Notes: generated from the letters alone by a model not told the origin. A stretch of DNA of 64,000 nt from an uncultured bacterium (GCA_964482725.1 CAYZYT010000013.1:1465-65464), one strand, 5' to 3'; numbered from the stretch's first letter, positions 9,415 to 19,059 are shown. Numbers and translations are program-made.

Positions 9415-10092
9415 TTAGTGAATTTCCACCGTATCTTCGCCCGATGAGAGGACCACATGATCCTCAAAGATCTTTGAGACTTTTAGAAGCCCGACCGGAT
9501 CTCCTTCGCGAAGGAACGTCGTGATCCCCTTCTGAACGTCCTCAATCATGCAAAAAACCTTTTTCGGATCCGCTGGATTATAAGAGATCCCGGTCAGCTT
9601 CAGGGTCTTCGTCATGTCAACGAGCTTTGAAGACTGCTCCTTTTCAAGCTTCTGGGCATCCTCCGCACGCTTGTTATACGGCATGAACATCTTTCCAAGA
9701 TCCCAGCTTTCGATCGGCTCAACTTCCTTGGCCGGCTCACTGACCGGCGGAAGCTCCAGCATCTTGGGCTCGGAATTTTCAATCGCCCCGATAACATCCT
9801 TCTTGAGATCCATCGCTCCCAACAAAAGGACCGTAATGAACGCCACCGCCAACAGGGTGACCAAGTACCGTAAGATCCGGTTCAATTCTTTAACGCCAAA
9901 GGAAGTCCTGATCCGTTCCAGGGCATCGTTCGATGTTTTAAGAAATCGGTCTTTCAGCGCCCCTGCAGAAAATCGAGCGCCCTGCTGAACTTTTTTAGCC
10001 CCGGCATCAATATCTTTTTGATGAGCGCTCGGCTCCTCAATGAGATCCAGAAGCCGCTTTTCCGGCGTTAATGAGGAATCTGGCTGAGCCAT
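9415..10092 (-). CDS. GspC/PilP-like bitopic membrane protein
   Basis: Single TM helix, C-terminal LKLTGISY...CMIED...FLREGD...VSKIFEDHVVL resembling the GspC HR domain; directly upstream of the secretin. Confidence 0.65.
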   Translation of the reverse strand: MAQPDSSLTPEKRLLDLIEEPSAHQKDIDAGAKKVQQGARFSAGALKDRFLKTSNDALERIRTSFGVKELNRILRYLVTLLAVAFITVLLLGAMDLKKDVIGAIENSEPKMLELPPVSEPAKEVEPIESWDLGKMFMPYNKRAEDAQKLEKEQSSKLVDMTKTLKLTGISYNPADPKKVFCMIEDVQKGITTFLREGDPVGLLKVSKIFEDHVVLSSGEDTVEIH

Positions 10093-10940
10093 CCGGCACG
10101 CATTTCCTCGGAAACGATTTCCTCGATAATCTCCTCATCTACGATCCACTTCCGTTTCATCACGAGCTGTTTCAAAGACCGGTGACAAAGCATGGTGATC
10201 TTTCGGGGATACCCCTGGGAGATCTTATGGATCATTTCTATAGCGTCGTCCTGAAAAAGCCGGACGTTCGAGCAATAATTCGCCTGCCGGATACGAAAAA
10301 GGATCATCTCCCGGGTCTCGTCCAAACTCAAAGGGTTCAAAGTGTATTTAAAACTGATCCTATCCATAAAATTCGGGATCTTCATGATCTTGGAGTGAAG
10401 CTCCAACTGTCCGAAAAGAGCCAGCTGCAAGAGCTTCGTGTCGTTGGTCTCATAATTCAGGATCACACGCAACATTTCCATCGAAGCTTCATTGAGCTTT
10501 TGCGCTTCGTCCACAATAAGCACCACGGTCTTATTGCCGATAACGGTTTTCTCATAAAGGAACTTCTCCACCGCCTCTTTGAGGTCCATCACGCTCGGAC
10601 GGCTCCCCTCCATGCGACTGCCGGTATATTGATCCACATTGATGGAAAAGTTCCGGACCAGGGAATAAAGAAATTCGTATTCGTTCTCAAAACAAGGGTC
10701 CAAGACATAATGGACAATAAAGTCCCCGCGCTCCTTGAGCGATTGGATCAACTTGCGGGAAAGCGTGGTCTTTCCGGTCCCGACATCCCCCAACACCACG
10801 GACAATCCGCGCCGCAAACGCAACTCGATCAGGACGTTCGTAAGCGTCGCCTGGTGCCCTTGCGACAAGTAGAGGAATTCAGGATCCGGGCTTGTCGAAA
10901 ACGGCTCCTTTTCGAATCCCAGCATGCGGTAATAGCTCAT
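10068..10940 (-). CDS. ExeA/GspA-family AAA ATPase
   Basis: YYRMLGFEKEPFSTSPDPEFLY, Walker A GDVGTGKT, Walker B LIVDEAQ, LFGQLEL, SQGYPRKI. Confidence 0.9.
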   Translation of the reverse strand: MSYYRMLGFEKEPFSTSPDPEFLYLSQGHQATLTNVLIELRLRRGLSVVLGDVGTGKTTLSRKLIQSLKERGDFIVHYVLDPCFENEYEFLYSLVRNFSINVDQYTGSRMEGSRPSVMDLKEAVEKFLYEKTVIGNKTVVLIVDEAQKLNEASMEMLRVILNYETNDTKLLQLALFGQLELHSKIMKIPNFMDRISFKYTLNPLSLDETREMILFRIRQANYCSNVRLFQDDAIEMIHKISQGYPRKITMLCHRSLKQLVMKRKWIVDEEIIEEIVSEEMRAGWLSQIPH

Positions 10941-11183
10941 GGATCTCCTCGTCTTGACTTTGACACGTCCAAAGACAATTCGCCTGGGGACTTTAGTGCC
11001 AAAAAACCTCACACTATGTTTCGGCTGTTCCTCTGAAATCTATAGGGGTCCCTTTAAGAGGGGGCGGGGTTCACCGGAAGAGGGGGGACGCTTACAAAAC
11101 CATCCTTGGAAAATATTCATTTCGTCTCGCAAGAGAACCTCGCGACGAAATTAAGTCTCGTCTTCAATGCCGGCTTTCCCTTA

Positions 11184-13019
11184 TTAGATTTCAACAAGCC
11201 GATGGGACGCTGCCACGATCTCATGGATGATCGGATTGACCCCAAGATTCTGAAGGGTTTCCAGAGAACAAGGGGCCAGCAAAGACCAATTGTGGGCTCC
11301 CACAGTCCCCGGCACGTTGATCCGGTAATCCCAGGAGTCCCTTCCGTTAAAATTGGCCAGAGAAATCCAGTCTTGGAGAAGTTGGAGATTGAAAATCGAA
11401 GTGGCCTGAGCCGCGCTCTCGAGCGCCTTTCTCATAAACTTCGTCGAAACATCTCGTTCCGGGCTTCCTGGAAGACCGAGATGTTCCCAATAAAAAGCTC
11501 GCTCCGGATAGGCGGACCGATAGGCCTCCACAAGAGGCCGCACCTGATCGTGAGTCCGCCCAAGGATCGCCAAAAGTTTTTCTTCGCTGTTGACCCCTTC
11601 GTTCCACCGAAGCCGCCCATGCTGAGAATGCTTCATATCGAAAAGCCGGTCCCGAATCAACTCAAAAGGGATCCCGTATCCCTCGCATTTTTTCTGAAAA
11701 AACCATTCATCCACCGTCCCTGCTTCATACTCCCACCAGGCGCAAAAAGGGCTCGTATCGTGAGTCGAAAGCATCGAAATAGAATTCTTCCGGTACATTT
11801 CGCTGCTCTTGAAATGGCCGTCTTTCTCCCAATATCGAACCCAGCGCTGGACATCCGAACCGGGGATCCCATATTCCCGCAAAATGTCATAAGAACATTC
11901 GGGAACAACCCCCAGATCTTCCGCACAAGGCATCATGCTTGAGGTTTGGACCATCACATCCAGGATACGTTTTCCATGATCTCTCCAAGAAAATTCATGA
12001 GGCGGATCAAAATGACCATTCTGTCCCGCAAAGATCTCCGGCTCCGAAAGGGGAATCGTCCAAAGCCGGAAGAGGCCCACAAAATGGTCGATCCGGTAAA
12101 GATGAAAAAAATATTCGGCATACCCTATTTTCCGGCGGAGGCAATCATAGTTCGCCGCCGCAAGATTATCCCAATTGTACGGGGGCATCCCCCATCGCTG
12201 TCCTTTCGAAAAATAAAGATCGGGAGGCGCCCCCGAAGCGAAATTGAGCTTATAATAATTCTGATGCGCCCAAACATTCACACTATCTCGGGCGACAAGG
12301 AACGGGATGTCCCCCATCAACAAAACCCCTTTTTGACCCGCGTAGGTCTTCACATGCGAGAGTTGCTCAAACGCTTGCCACTGAAGCCATTGATGGAAAA
12401 AGAAAGTCTCTTCATTTTCCCGGATGAGCGTTTCGATCGCCTCTTCATTTTTCGACTTGAACTCTTCGGGCCAATCGCCCCAACCACTGTTTTCGAATTT
12501 CTCTTTTAGGATCTTAAAAGCGGCATAGTTGACGAGCCATTGTCGGTGGGTTTTGAAAAAATTCACGAAATCCGCTTCATTTTTAGAGGTCGTGGGATCA
12601 TCAAAGATCTTCCGGAACAATGCCAGCTTTTCTTTTTTGAAAGCATAATTAATGTGCGTTCCCTGGATCGGGAATTTCTGGCGGAGGGCCTCAATATCTT
12701 CTGAGAACTTTCGAATGTTGTAACCGATGAGGTTCACTGGGGAAATATACATCGGATCCAAGGCAATACTGCTCTGGGCATCGTAAGGGCAGAAATCAAA
12801 ACCCACATCGTTGAGAGGGAGCAATTGAATGATTGAAAGGCCGGTTTTCTGGCACCAATCCACAAGCAGCTTAAGGTCCGGGAATTCGCCAATACCGACA
12901 CTTTTTGAGGAATGAAGGGAAAAAAGTGGCGCGATCACACCCGCGCGCCTTTTGGCGCCAATTCGTTGCCATATGGCCCCGCACTCCGAATCTAAAAACG
13001 ATGTGTAGTCTGTCTGCAT
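11184..13019 (-). CDS. malQ: 4-alpha-glucanotransferase (GH77)
   Basis: IQLLPLND, LMGDIPF, GAPPDLYFSKGQRWGMPPY, RIDHFVG, AEDLG, STHD. Confidence 0.93.
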   Translation of the reverse strand: MQTDYTSFLDSECGAIWQRIGAKRRAGVIAPLFSLHSSKSVGIGEFPDLKLLVDWCQKTGLSIIQLLPLNDVGFDFCPYDAQSSIALDPMYISPVNLIGYNIRKFSEDIEALRQKFPIQGTHINYAFKKEKLALFRKIFDDPTTSKNEADFVNFFKTHRQWLVNYAAFKILKEKFENSGWGDWPEEFKSKNEEAIETLIRENEETFFFHQWLQWQAFEQLSHVKTYAGQKGVLLMGDIPFLVARDSVNVWAHQNYYKLNFASGAPPDLYFSKGQRWGMPPYNWDNLAAANYDCLRRKIGYAEYFFHLYRIDHFVGLFRLWTIPLSEPEIFAGQNGHFDPPHEFSWRDHGKRILDVMVQTSSMMPCAEDLGVVPECSYDILREYGIPGSDVQRWVRYWEKDGHFKSSEMYRKNSISMLSTHDTSPFCAWWEYEAGTVDEWFFQKKCEGYGIPFELIRDRLFDMKHSQHGRLRWNEGVNSEEKLLAILGRTHDQVRPLVEAYRSAYPERAFYWEHLGLPGSPERDVSTKFMRKALESAAQATSIFNLQLLQDWISLANFNGRDSWDYRINVPGTVGAHNWSLLAPCSLETLQNLGVNPIIHEIVAASHRLVEI

Positions 13020-13093
13020 GGATCCTCTTTATTTCCTATCGCCTATCCCCAACCAAGCCTCGGACGAGATTTGCCGCAGGTTCAGCACAAAAC

Positions 13094-13630
13094 TCAAAAA
13101 GGGCCGGATCCTTTGAACCCATCAAAAAGATTCCGTACATCTCCTTCCGCGGAACGCGTGATCTGACCGCAAATAAAGATCAGCACCGAGAACTGCCAGC
13201 AATCCTCCGGGCCGATCACAAGCCCGGTCGAAACATTCTCTTGCCGCTCCAGCGCATGCGAAAAAAATTCCACGGCTTTCGCAAGCTTCTCCTCGCGAAT
13301 ATCCAACGACTCTATTCTATTCTCATATTTCATGGAAGGGAAGCGGATACCACGCACCAAAAGAAAGGTCGTCAGATAATCCTCCACCCCCGAGAACTTC
13401 TTATCGAATTCAAACCCTTCGAATTGCGGCAGATGCGGCGGCAAAATAATCGAGGGCTTTTCGACCGTGACTTCTCCTTTTCGCACCACCGTGTCGCCGT
13501 GGTTGACCGCAGACTCCGCCAAAAAAACATAAGGGATCTGCGTCGCCTCAAACGTCTGGAGCGGTTGAACCCGAGGTCGGATGATCTCGGTGGCTTTCAG
13601 TGCTTTCTCCCAGGAATCGTGGATGTCCAT
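13094..13630 (-). CDS. Conserved hypothetical protein
   Basis: Protein-like composition, fits intergenic space, co-oriented with neighbours. Confidence 0.7.
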   Translation of the reverse strand: MDIHDSWEKALKATEIIRPRVQPLQTFEATQIPYVFLAESAVNHGDTVVRKGEVTVEKPSIILPPHLPQFEGFEFDKKFSGVEDYLTTFLLVRGIRFPSMKYENRIESLDIREEKLAKAVEFFSHALERQENVSTGLVIGPEDCWQFSVLIFICGQITRSAEGDVRNLFDGFKGSGPF

Positions 13631-13644
13631 TTAAAAGGCTTCCT

Positions 13645-13720
13645 CAGACTACAGACCAGAGACTTGGGACTAGAGACAAGACATTAAGTCTACGGTCTCC
13701 AGTCTCGGGTCTCTTGTCCT
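13645..13720. repeat. Heptamer-built intergenic hairpin (AGACxxG / CxxGTCT)
   Basis: cagactacagaccagagact...agtctacggtctccagtctc; related copy at 27895-27960. Confidence 0.65.
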
Positions 13721-13734
13721 GATCGCGATAGCGA

Positions 13735-14175
13735 TCAATAAGAAATCCCATCCGGCAATTCGTTCTTATCATTCGCTTGATAAGGAAAATAGGTTTTTAG
13801 CTTCTCTCCGATACGAACCACCGCTTCCGAAATACCCTCGGCAAACTTATTCTCCTTGAAATGCTCTTGCATGATCTGGACCACATCGTTCCAGAATCCT
13901 TCAGGAACTTTTTCATTGATCCCGACATCCCCCAACACCGCGAACTTCTTGTTCCTGGTCGCAAGGAATATCAGGACTCCGTTCCTTTGGGCGGTCTTCG
14001 TCATCCCGATCTTCTGAAAGACTCTCTGGGCGTGACCGTACACAGGCTCGTGGGCGTTATATTCCAGATGCACGCGGATCTCTCCGGATGTGTTTTTTTC
14101 CGCATCCTGGACTGCGGCAAGAATCTGTTTTTTCTCTTTTCCCGACAAAAAGAACATCGGATAAGTTATACGCAT
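13735..14175 (-). CDS. TPM domain protein
   Basis: AEKNTSGEIRVH, RNGVLIFLA, FAVLGDVGI, NELPD. Confidence 0.9.
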   Translation of the reverse strand: MRITYPMFFLSGKEKKQILAAVQDAEKNTSGEIRVHLEYNAHEPVYGHAQRVFQKIGMTKTAQRNGVLIFLATRNKKFAVLGDVGINEKVPEGFWNDVVQIMQEHFKENKFAEGISEAVVRIGEKLKTYFPYQANDKNELPDGISY

Positions 14176-14178
14176 AAT

Positions 14179-14292
14179 ATCACCAGCCTCCTGACGCTCC
14201 GCCGCCCTGATCGCTATCTATTTTAAAAGCCAAAGAAATCAGGACTGCTTCGCTTTCCAAATAAATCACCAGCCTCCTGACGCTCCGCCGCC
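14179..14292. repeat. 28-bp perfect direct repeat duplicating the 3' end of the TPM gene
   Basis: atcaccagcctcctgacgctccgccgcc at 14179-14206 and 14265-14292. Confidence 0.9.
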
Positions 14293-15018
14293 GCCGAAAC
14301 CGCCGCCGCCTCCGCTAAACCCGCCAAAGCTACCGCCTCCGCTCCGGAATCCCCCCCCCATCGGCATAAAAAAACCGCCACGCCCGCGACGGCCTCCGAT
14401 GTTATTCGAATTTGAACGGACAAAAAAGTGGAAGAGAAAAAAGACGCCAAAAAGAACGATCAATCTCGCTAAAGCATCCGGATTGTCTTTCCGTGGGACA
14501 CCCTTAAATTCGCCTTGCGTGGCCTGCATGATCGCGGTCGTACCGGCCAGGATCCCTCCCGAATAATCACCTTTACGGAAATAAGGCGCAACCACCCGGC
14601 CGATGATCTGCCCCGCCAAAGCGTCCGGCAAAACACCTTCCAACCCGTAGCCGACTTCGATGCGCATTTTGCGATCATTTTTGAAGATGAGAAAGATCAC
14701 GCCGTTATTCTTATTCTTCTGTCCAGCCTTCCAGGCCTCGGCGAGGCGCATTGAGAAATCTTCGAGCGAATCCCCTTCCAGGGATGGAAAAGTAGCCACC
14801 ACGACCTGGGTGGAGGTTTTTTCCTCGAAGACGCGAAGGTTTGTTTCGAGAGTCGATCGATCGGGCGGAGATAAAAGCCCCGCTCGATCGGTCACATAGC
14901 CGTCAGCACGTTTCGGGACTTCGAGGGCAGAAAGAACGGTAGGGAATAAAACAAAAAAAAGAAAAAGGAGACAGGCTGCTTTTTCAAAGAATGGAGCCTG
15001 TCCCCTTTTCTTCATCAC
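14266..15018 (-). CDS. TPM domain (YgcG-like) protein with Gly-rich tail
   Basis: YVTDRAGLLS, RIEVGYGLEGVLPD, GGGGFGGGGASGGW. Confidence 0.92.
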   Translation of the reverse strand: MMKKRGQAPFFEKAACLLFLFFVLFPTVLSALEVPKRADGYVTDRAGLLSPPDRSTLETNLRVFEEKTSTQVVVATFPSLEGDSLEDFSMRLAEAWKAGQKNKNNGVIFLIFKNDRKMRIEVGYGLEGVLPDALAGQIIGRVVAPYFRKGDYSGGILAGTTAIMQATQGEFKGVPRKDNPDALARLIVLFGVFFLFHFFVRSNSNNIGGRRGRGGFFMPMGGGFRSGGGSFGGFSGGGGGFGGGGASGGW

Positions 15019-15021
15019 TGA

Positions 15022-15618
15022 TTAAAACTTGACCTGCGGAGCGGTCTTGGCGTCCTGATCGGCCTGAAAATAGGCTTTGTTCTTAAAACCCATGGCGCCG
15101 GCAACGATTACATTCGGGAAACGACGGCGGAAGGCGTTAAAATCCTGGGCCGCTTCATTGAAACGCTTGCGTTCGACCGTGATACGATTCTCGGTGCCTT
15201 CCAGCTGGGTTTGAAGCATGAGAAAATTCTGACTCGCCTTAAGATCCGGATACTTCTCCACCACAACAAGAAGCCGGCTCAGGGCTGAAGTCAGACCCGT
15301 CTGGGCTTCCTGGAATTTTGCGAGCTGTTCGGGATCATTGATCGGCGAGGGTGAGGTCCCCATTTGTGTGATCTTGGAGCGAGCGTTCACAACGTTCAGA
15401 AGTGTTTCTTTTTCATGGGCCGCGTAGCCTTTCACCGTTTCGACCAAGTTCGGCACAAGATCCAGACGCCGCTGATAGACGTTTTCCACCTGAGCCCAGG
15501 AACTGGTGACGCCTTCTTCTTTGGTCACAAGATTGTTATAAACGCCGCCGAACACGAGCGCCCCCAAAAACACGATAAGAACGATAACACCCAGCGTGAT
15601 GAACAAAGCCTTTTTCAT
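15022..15618 (-). CDS. lemA: LemA family protein
   Basis: WAQVENVYQRRLDLVPNLV, YPDLKA, LEGTENRITVER; AAGGAGG RBS before MKKAL. Confidence 0.95.
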   Translation of the reverse strand: MKKALFITLGVIVLIVFLGALVFGGVYNNLVTKEEGVTSSWAQVENVYQRRLDLVPNLVETVKGYAAHEKETLLNVVNARSKITQMGTSPSPINDPEQLAKFQEAQTGLTSALSRLLVVVEKYPDLKASQNFLMLQTQLEGTENRITVERKRFNEAAQDFNAFRRRFPNVIVAGAMGFKNKAYFQADQDAKTAPQVKF

Positions 15619-15727
15619 GAACAAACCTCCTTGATGGTGGGGTGGCAAAAAGCAACGGACGTATTATAGCCTCTCGTAGAAATTCCTGGCAAACAATTAA
15701 AGCAGGAAGAAATTTCGGGGAAGCGTT

Positions 15728-17473
15728 CTAGTAATTTGTGTTGAACGAGAAATGAAGCTGAGACTTCCCGGCTTCCGTGATCGGTTTGTCCCCGAGAGGA
15801 ATACCCCACTCAAGACGCGCCGAAAAATCCTTCCGGAAACGAAGCTCAAAACCACCTCCGACACCCAGCAGGAAATCAGACCGGGGTTCTCCGGAACTCG
15901 CATTGGGATCATGCGTTCGTCCGTAACCCATATCGCAAAAAGTGATGATGCTGAGCTGATCCTTCAGAGGGAGGGTGTCAAAAGGAAGTTTCCAGTGATC
16001 GGGTAAGCCATAGACCGGCAGCATGTAATCAAATCGCGACTGAAAACCCTCGTCCGCTCCATAATCGCTTTCAGGATAACCACGAATAGAACGGGCACCG
16101 CCCAAGAACAACTGCTCCTGAGGCAAAAGCTTGTCCGGCGAGAACTGCCCCTGGACATCCCAGATCGCTTTGGTGCGCCATGGCAATTGCGTGAGGCGGG
16201 TTAGCGAATAGGTGTACTTAAAAAAGGACTGCACACCGCCACGGCTCGCAAGGGCCCAATCATCGGGAAAGGTCGGCAGCCCAAAATAAATGCCCTGCCC
16301 CAATCCCCAACCGCCCCAACGATCGCGGGCCTGAAAGTCTCCTTTGAGCGATATCACGCGCTCCTTATCCCATACCGTAGTAACACTTTGCGTCAAGGTA
16401 TGCTTTTCCTTAAAATCAAACCCGAACTGGACATTGCCAGAATATTTTTCTGTGCGGATCACCCGCTGCTGCAAGCCCAAGCTGTAAACTTCGGAAGTTC
16501 CGTTAATGCCATAGATCGAAAACTCTTTCTTGGGATTGACTTGCGCGTGACTGATCGACCAGATAAATTTCGTTCCAAAATTCGAGACCGGGATCACATG
16601 ATAAAGATAAAGAGCCCCAAAGGCTTTGCCAAAGGTCGTCCCGATCAGGAACGTATCGTCAAGCCCTAGCATATTATTGTTCCGGATCGTGAACCCTTGA
16701 CGATCCTTCCCTGTCAGCTTGACCCCTTGGTTATCGAAGGAGTAGCCCAAGTGAAGGGGAAAATGATCTTCGACATCCAACACCACATCCGTCGTCCCTT
16801 TTTCAGCGCCCGCTTTAAGAACCGGCTTCACGGTCCGGTCAGGATTCTCGTTCATGTTCATGACATTCTCACGGATCTTATCGTAGCGGAGAACCTCGCC
16901 CTTGCGGATCTTCCAGTAGGATCGCGTGCGCCATTTGCTGTAATAGCGATTCTTCTCGATTGAAAGCTCTCCCATCCTCGAAGTCACCGCCTTGAGATGG
17001 ACCTCCTGGTTTTCCATTTTTTGGGGTGGGAGCAGAACGACCGCAATATAGCCCTTCGCGCGATACATTTGTTCAAGGGCATTGATAAGCCTCTGAAGTT
17101 CATCAAAATGAACTTCCCTATTCTCATATTTAACGAAAAGCGGCTCGTACTCTTTAGGATCGAGCATCATATCCCCTTCGAGGACGATCTTTTTGATAAA
17201 AAAAGAAGGACCTGTCGCCGGAGCTTCTGGGAGAGGCTCCTCCTCGAACGCTATGGGTTTGGTCGCTTTGGGTTGGAATAATTTCTCGCGGGCTTGATCA
17301 TCGATCTTGGATAACTGGACGGCGGCAGAAGCTCCAAAATTGCCGATCCGGTCTTCACTGGCCGCGAAGAGATGCCCGCTCTGGGCAAGGAAGCCCACAG
17401 AGAAAAAGAGAACGCCTAAAGACAAGATCTTAACTTTGAGTCGGCTCATAGGAGAAAAGACGACACTTTCCAT
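15728..17473 (-). CDS. ShlB/FhaC/HecB family two-partner secretion transporter (TpsB)
   Basis: Signal peptide, POTRA (YRAKGY), barrel with LGGARSIRGY motif, C-terminal aromatic strand. Confidence 0.9.
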   Translation of the reverse strand: MESVVFSPMSRLKVKILSLGVLFFSVGFLAQSGHLFAASEDRIGNFGASAAVQLSKIDDQAREKLFQPKATKPIAFEEEPLPEAPATGPSFFIKKIVLEGDMMLDPKEYEPLFVKYENREVHFDELQRLINALEQMYRAKGYIAVVLLPPQKMENQEVHLKAVTSRMGELSIEKNRYYSKWRTRSYWKIRKGEVLRYDKIRENVMNMNENPDRTVKPVLKAGAEKGTTDVVLDVEDHFPLHLGYSFDNQGVKLTGKDRQGFTIRNNNMLGLDDTFLIGTTFGKAFGALYLYHVIPVSNFGTKFIWSISHAQVNPKKEFSIYGINGTSEVYSLGLQQRVIRTEKYSGNVQFGFDFKEKHTLTQSVTTVWDKERVISLKGDFQARDRWGGWGLGQGIYFGLPTFPDDWALASRGGVQSFFKYTYSLTRLTQLPWRTKAIWDVQGQFSPDKLLPQEQLFLGGARSIRGYPESDYGADEGFQSRFDYMLPVYGLPDHWKLPFDTLPLKDQLSIITFCDMGYGRTHDPNASSGEPRSDFLLGVGGGFELRFRKDFSARLEWGIPLGDKPITEAGKSQLHFSFNTNY

Positions 17474-17545
17474 GCATTTCTAAAGTTTTTTTTGCTCAGA
17501 AACCCTTATGCCCCAGAAAAACTTCGTCTCTCTTCAATATATACC

Positions 17546-18667
17546 CTAGACAACCTGCGAGGTCATGACTCGGCCAAAGCCGGATTTTTCATGCTGAAAA
17601 GGCTTATAGAAATCACCCTGAACGGGAAGACGCAGACGTTTCAGGAGCCGGGAGACAATCAGGGTCTCGGCCTCCCGCCAACGGGTGTCGTCTTTGTCCT
17701 TGCCACGCACGTGAAAACTGCCACCCGCAACCATATCGTGGCCACCGGCTTCTTTACGATCGTCAAAGATATCACGGAGGATCTCAGGCGTTTCATCCGT
17801 TGGCCGGTTGCTCCTGAGTGACACATGCAGCTTGTCTTTATAGCGCCCGGTACAAAGCGACCGCTCCATCCCTTTATAAGTCAGCAGAAAATCCGCGATC
17901 TCTGAGACAAGATCCGGATGCTCGACTTCCCCGAGGTGCGACACGATCACGCCCCGGAAGGCGCGCGCTCCCTGAAGCCCCCGGTTCAGCGTGCTAAAAA
18001 ATTTCTTGGACTTCGGGGGGTTCTGGATACGGATCAAAGCCCGCATGTCGCAAAGAGGCAGGATATCCAGATAGGTCTGAATGATATCCGTCCGGTGCGC
18101 CCGGTAGAGATTGAGCGTATCCGAAAGGATCCCGTACGCCAGCGCGGTCGCGATCCTTTTCGGGATCTCAAGGCCGCTCAAGAGCAACGCCTGCGTCAGA
18201 ATCACACTCGTAGCGCCGCAATCCGGGTCGATGATGGCAAGTTCCGCGAGCGGACGCTTCACATAAGGATGCTGATCGATCACCAGAGTTACTTTTTTGT
18301 TTCTCGGGTAGGGGTTATTCTCAAATTCAGGCTGCGTATCGATCAACGCAGCGCTCTCATAGCTCTTGATGTCGGAAGGACGGAACTTGTGGATCGGGAC
18401 TTTGAGAAGATCCACCATCGCCCGGTTCTCGACGCGTCCAATGATTCCTTTGTACACGATCCTGGATTTGATCCCCTGGAGACGCTCCGCGAGATACTGA
18501 AGCGCCATGGCTGTTGCGATGGCATCCGGATCGGGATAATCATGCGTCACGATCAAAAGAGGCGATATCGAATCTTTTTTCTTTTCAAGGAAGCGGAGCA
18601 ATTTCCGGCCGTGATGAGCCGCAATATGTTCCTGCTTCTTATTTTTCAATTTGAGGGAAAGGGCCAT
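17546..18667 (-). CDS. DHH/DHHA1 family phosphoesterase
   Basis: HDYPDPDAIA, IDQHP, GATS, GILSDT, VSLRS, AGGH. Confidence 0.85.
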   Translation of the reverse strand: MALSLKLKNKKQEHIAAHHGRKLLRFLEKKKDSISPLLIVTHDYPDPDAIATAMALQYLAERLQGIKSRIVYKGIIGRVENRAMVDLLKVPIHKFRPSDIKSYESAALIDTQPEFENNPYPRNKKVTLVIDQHPYVKRPLAELAIIDPDCGATSVILTQALLLSGLEIPKRIATALAYGILSDTLNLYRAHRTDIIQTYLDILPLCDMRALIRIQNPPKSKKFFSTLNRGLQGARAFRGVIVSHLGEVEHPDLVSEIADFLLTYKGMERSLCTGRYKDKLHVSLRSNRPTDETPEILRDIFDDRKEAGGHDMVAGGSFHVRGKDKDDTRWREAETLIVSRLLKRLRLPVQGDFYKPFQHEKSGFGRVMTSQVV

Positions 18668-18687
18668 GAGAGCTTTGGGATATCTTC

Positions 18688-19059
18688 TCAGGATTTCGTT
18701 TTTTGAGAAAGGGTTACAAGCCATTTCTGGAACGGAGGATACTCGCGCAGAGGCTTCAAGTCCGGATCTTTCTCGAGATGTCTCAGATCCGTAAACCCCA
18801 GGCGAACCGCTTGCCGAAGCGCCGTCAGGGCCTTCGCCGTATAGCCGGAAAGAACATAGCTGCAGGCAAGGTTGTAATGAACGACCGGATCGTCTTGACA
18901 GAGAAAAGCCAGCCGCTTGTCGATTTCAAGGCCCTTTTCAAAAAGACCCCGGCGCGTATAGGCCTCCGCGAGCGGAGCCAGGGCATCGATGTAGTTAGGA
19001 CGGTGTTTGAGGACGCCTTCGAGGAATGAGATCTCAAAATCCAGATCGTTCGATTTCAT
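18688..19059 (-). CDS. Small TPR protein
   Basis: LAEAYTRRG, VHYNLACSY, LEKDPDLKPLR. Confidence 0.85.
   Translation of the reverse strand: MKSNDLDFEISFLEGVLKHRPNYIDALAPLAEAYTRRGLFEKGLEIDKRLAFLCQDDPVVHYNLACSYVLSGYTAKALTALRQAVRLGFTDLRHLEKDPDLKPLREYPPFQKWLVTLSQKTKS

Noticed and set aside
11040-11183. Riboswitch upstream of exeA
   Set aside because: Only an imperfect hairpin (atttcgtc...gacgaaat) is present, with no recognisable aptamer consensus on the coding strand.
13718-14218. 11-bp inverted repeat (gatagcgatca / tgatcgctatc) bracketing the small TPM gene
   Set aside because: It is short, the gene is in its usual LemA-TPM-TPM orientation, and chance cannot be excluded.
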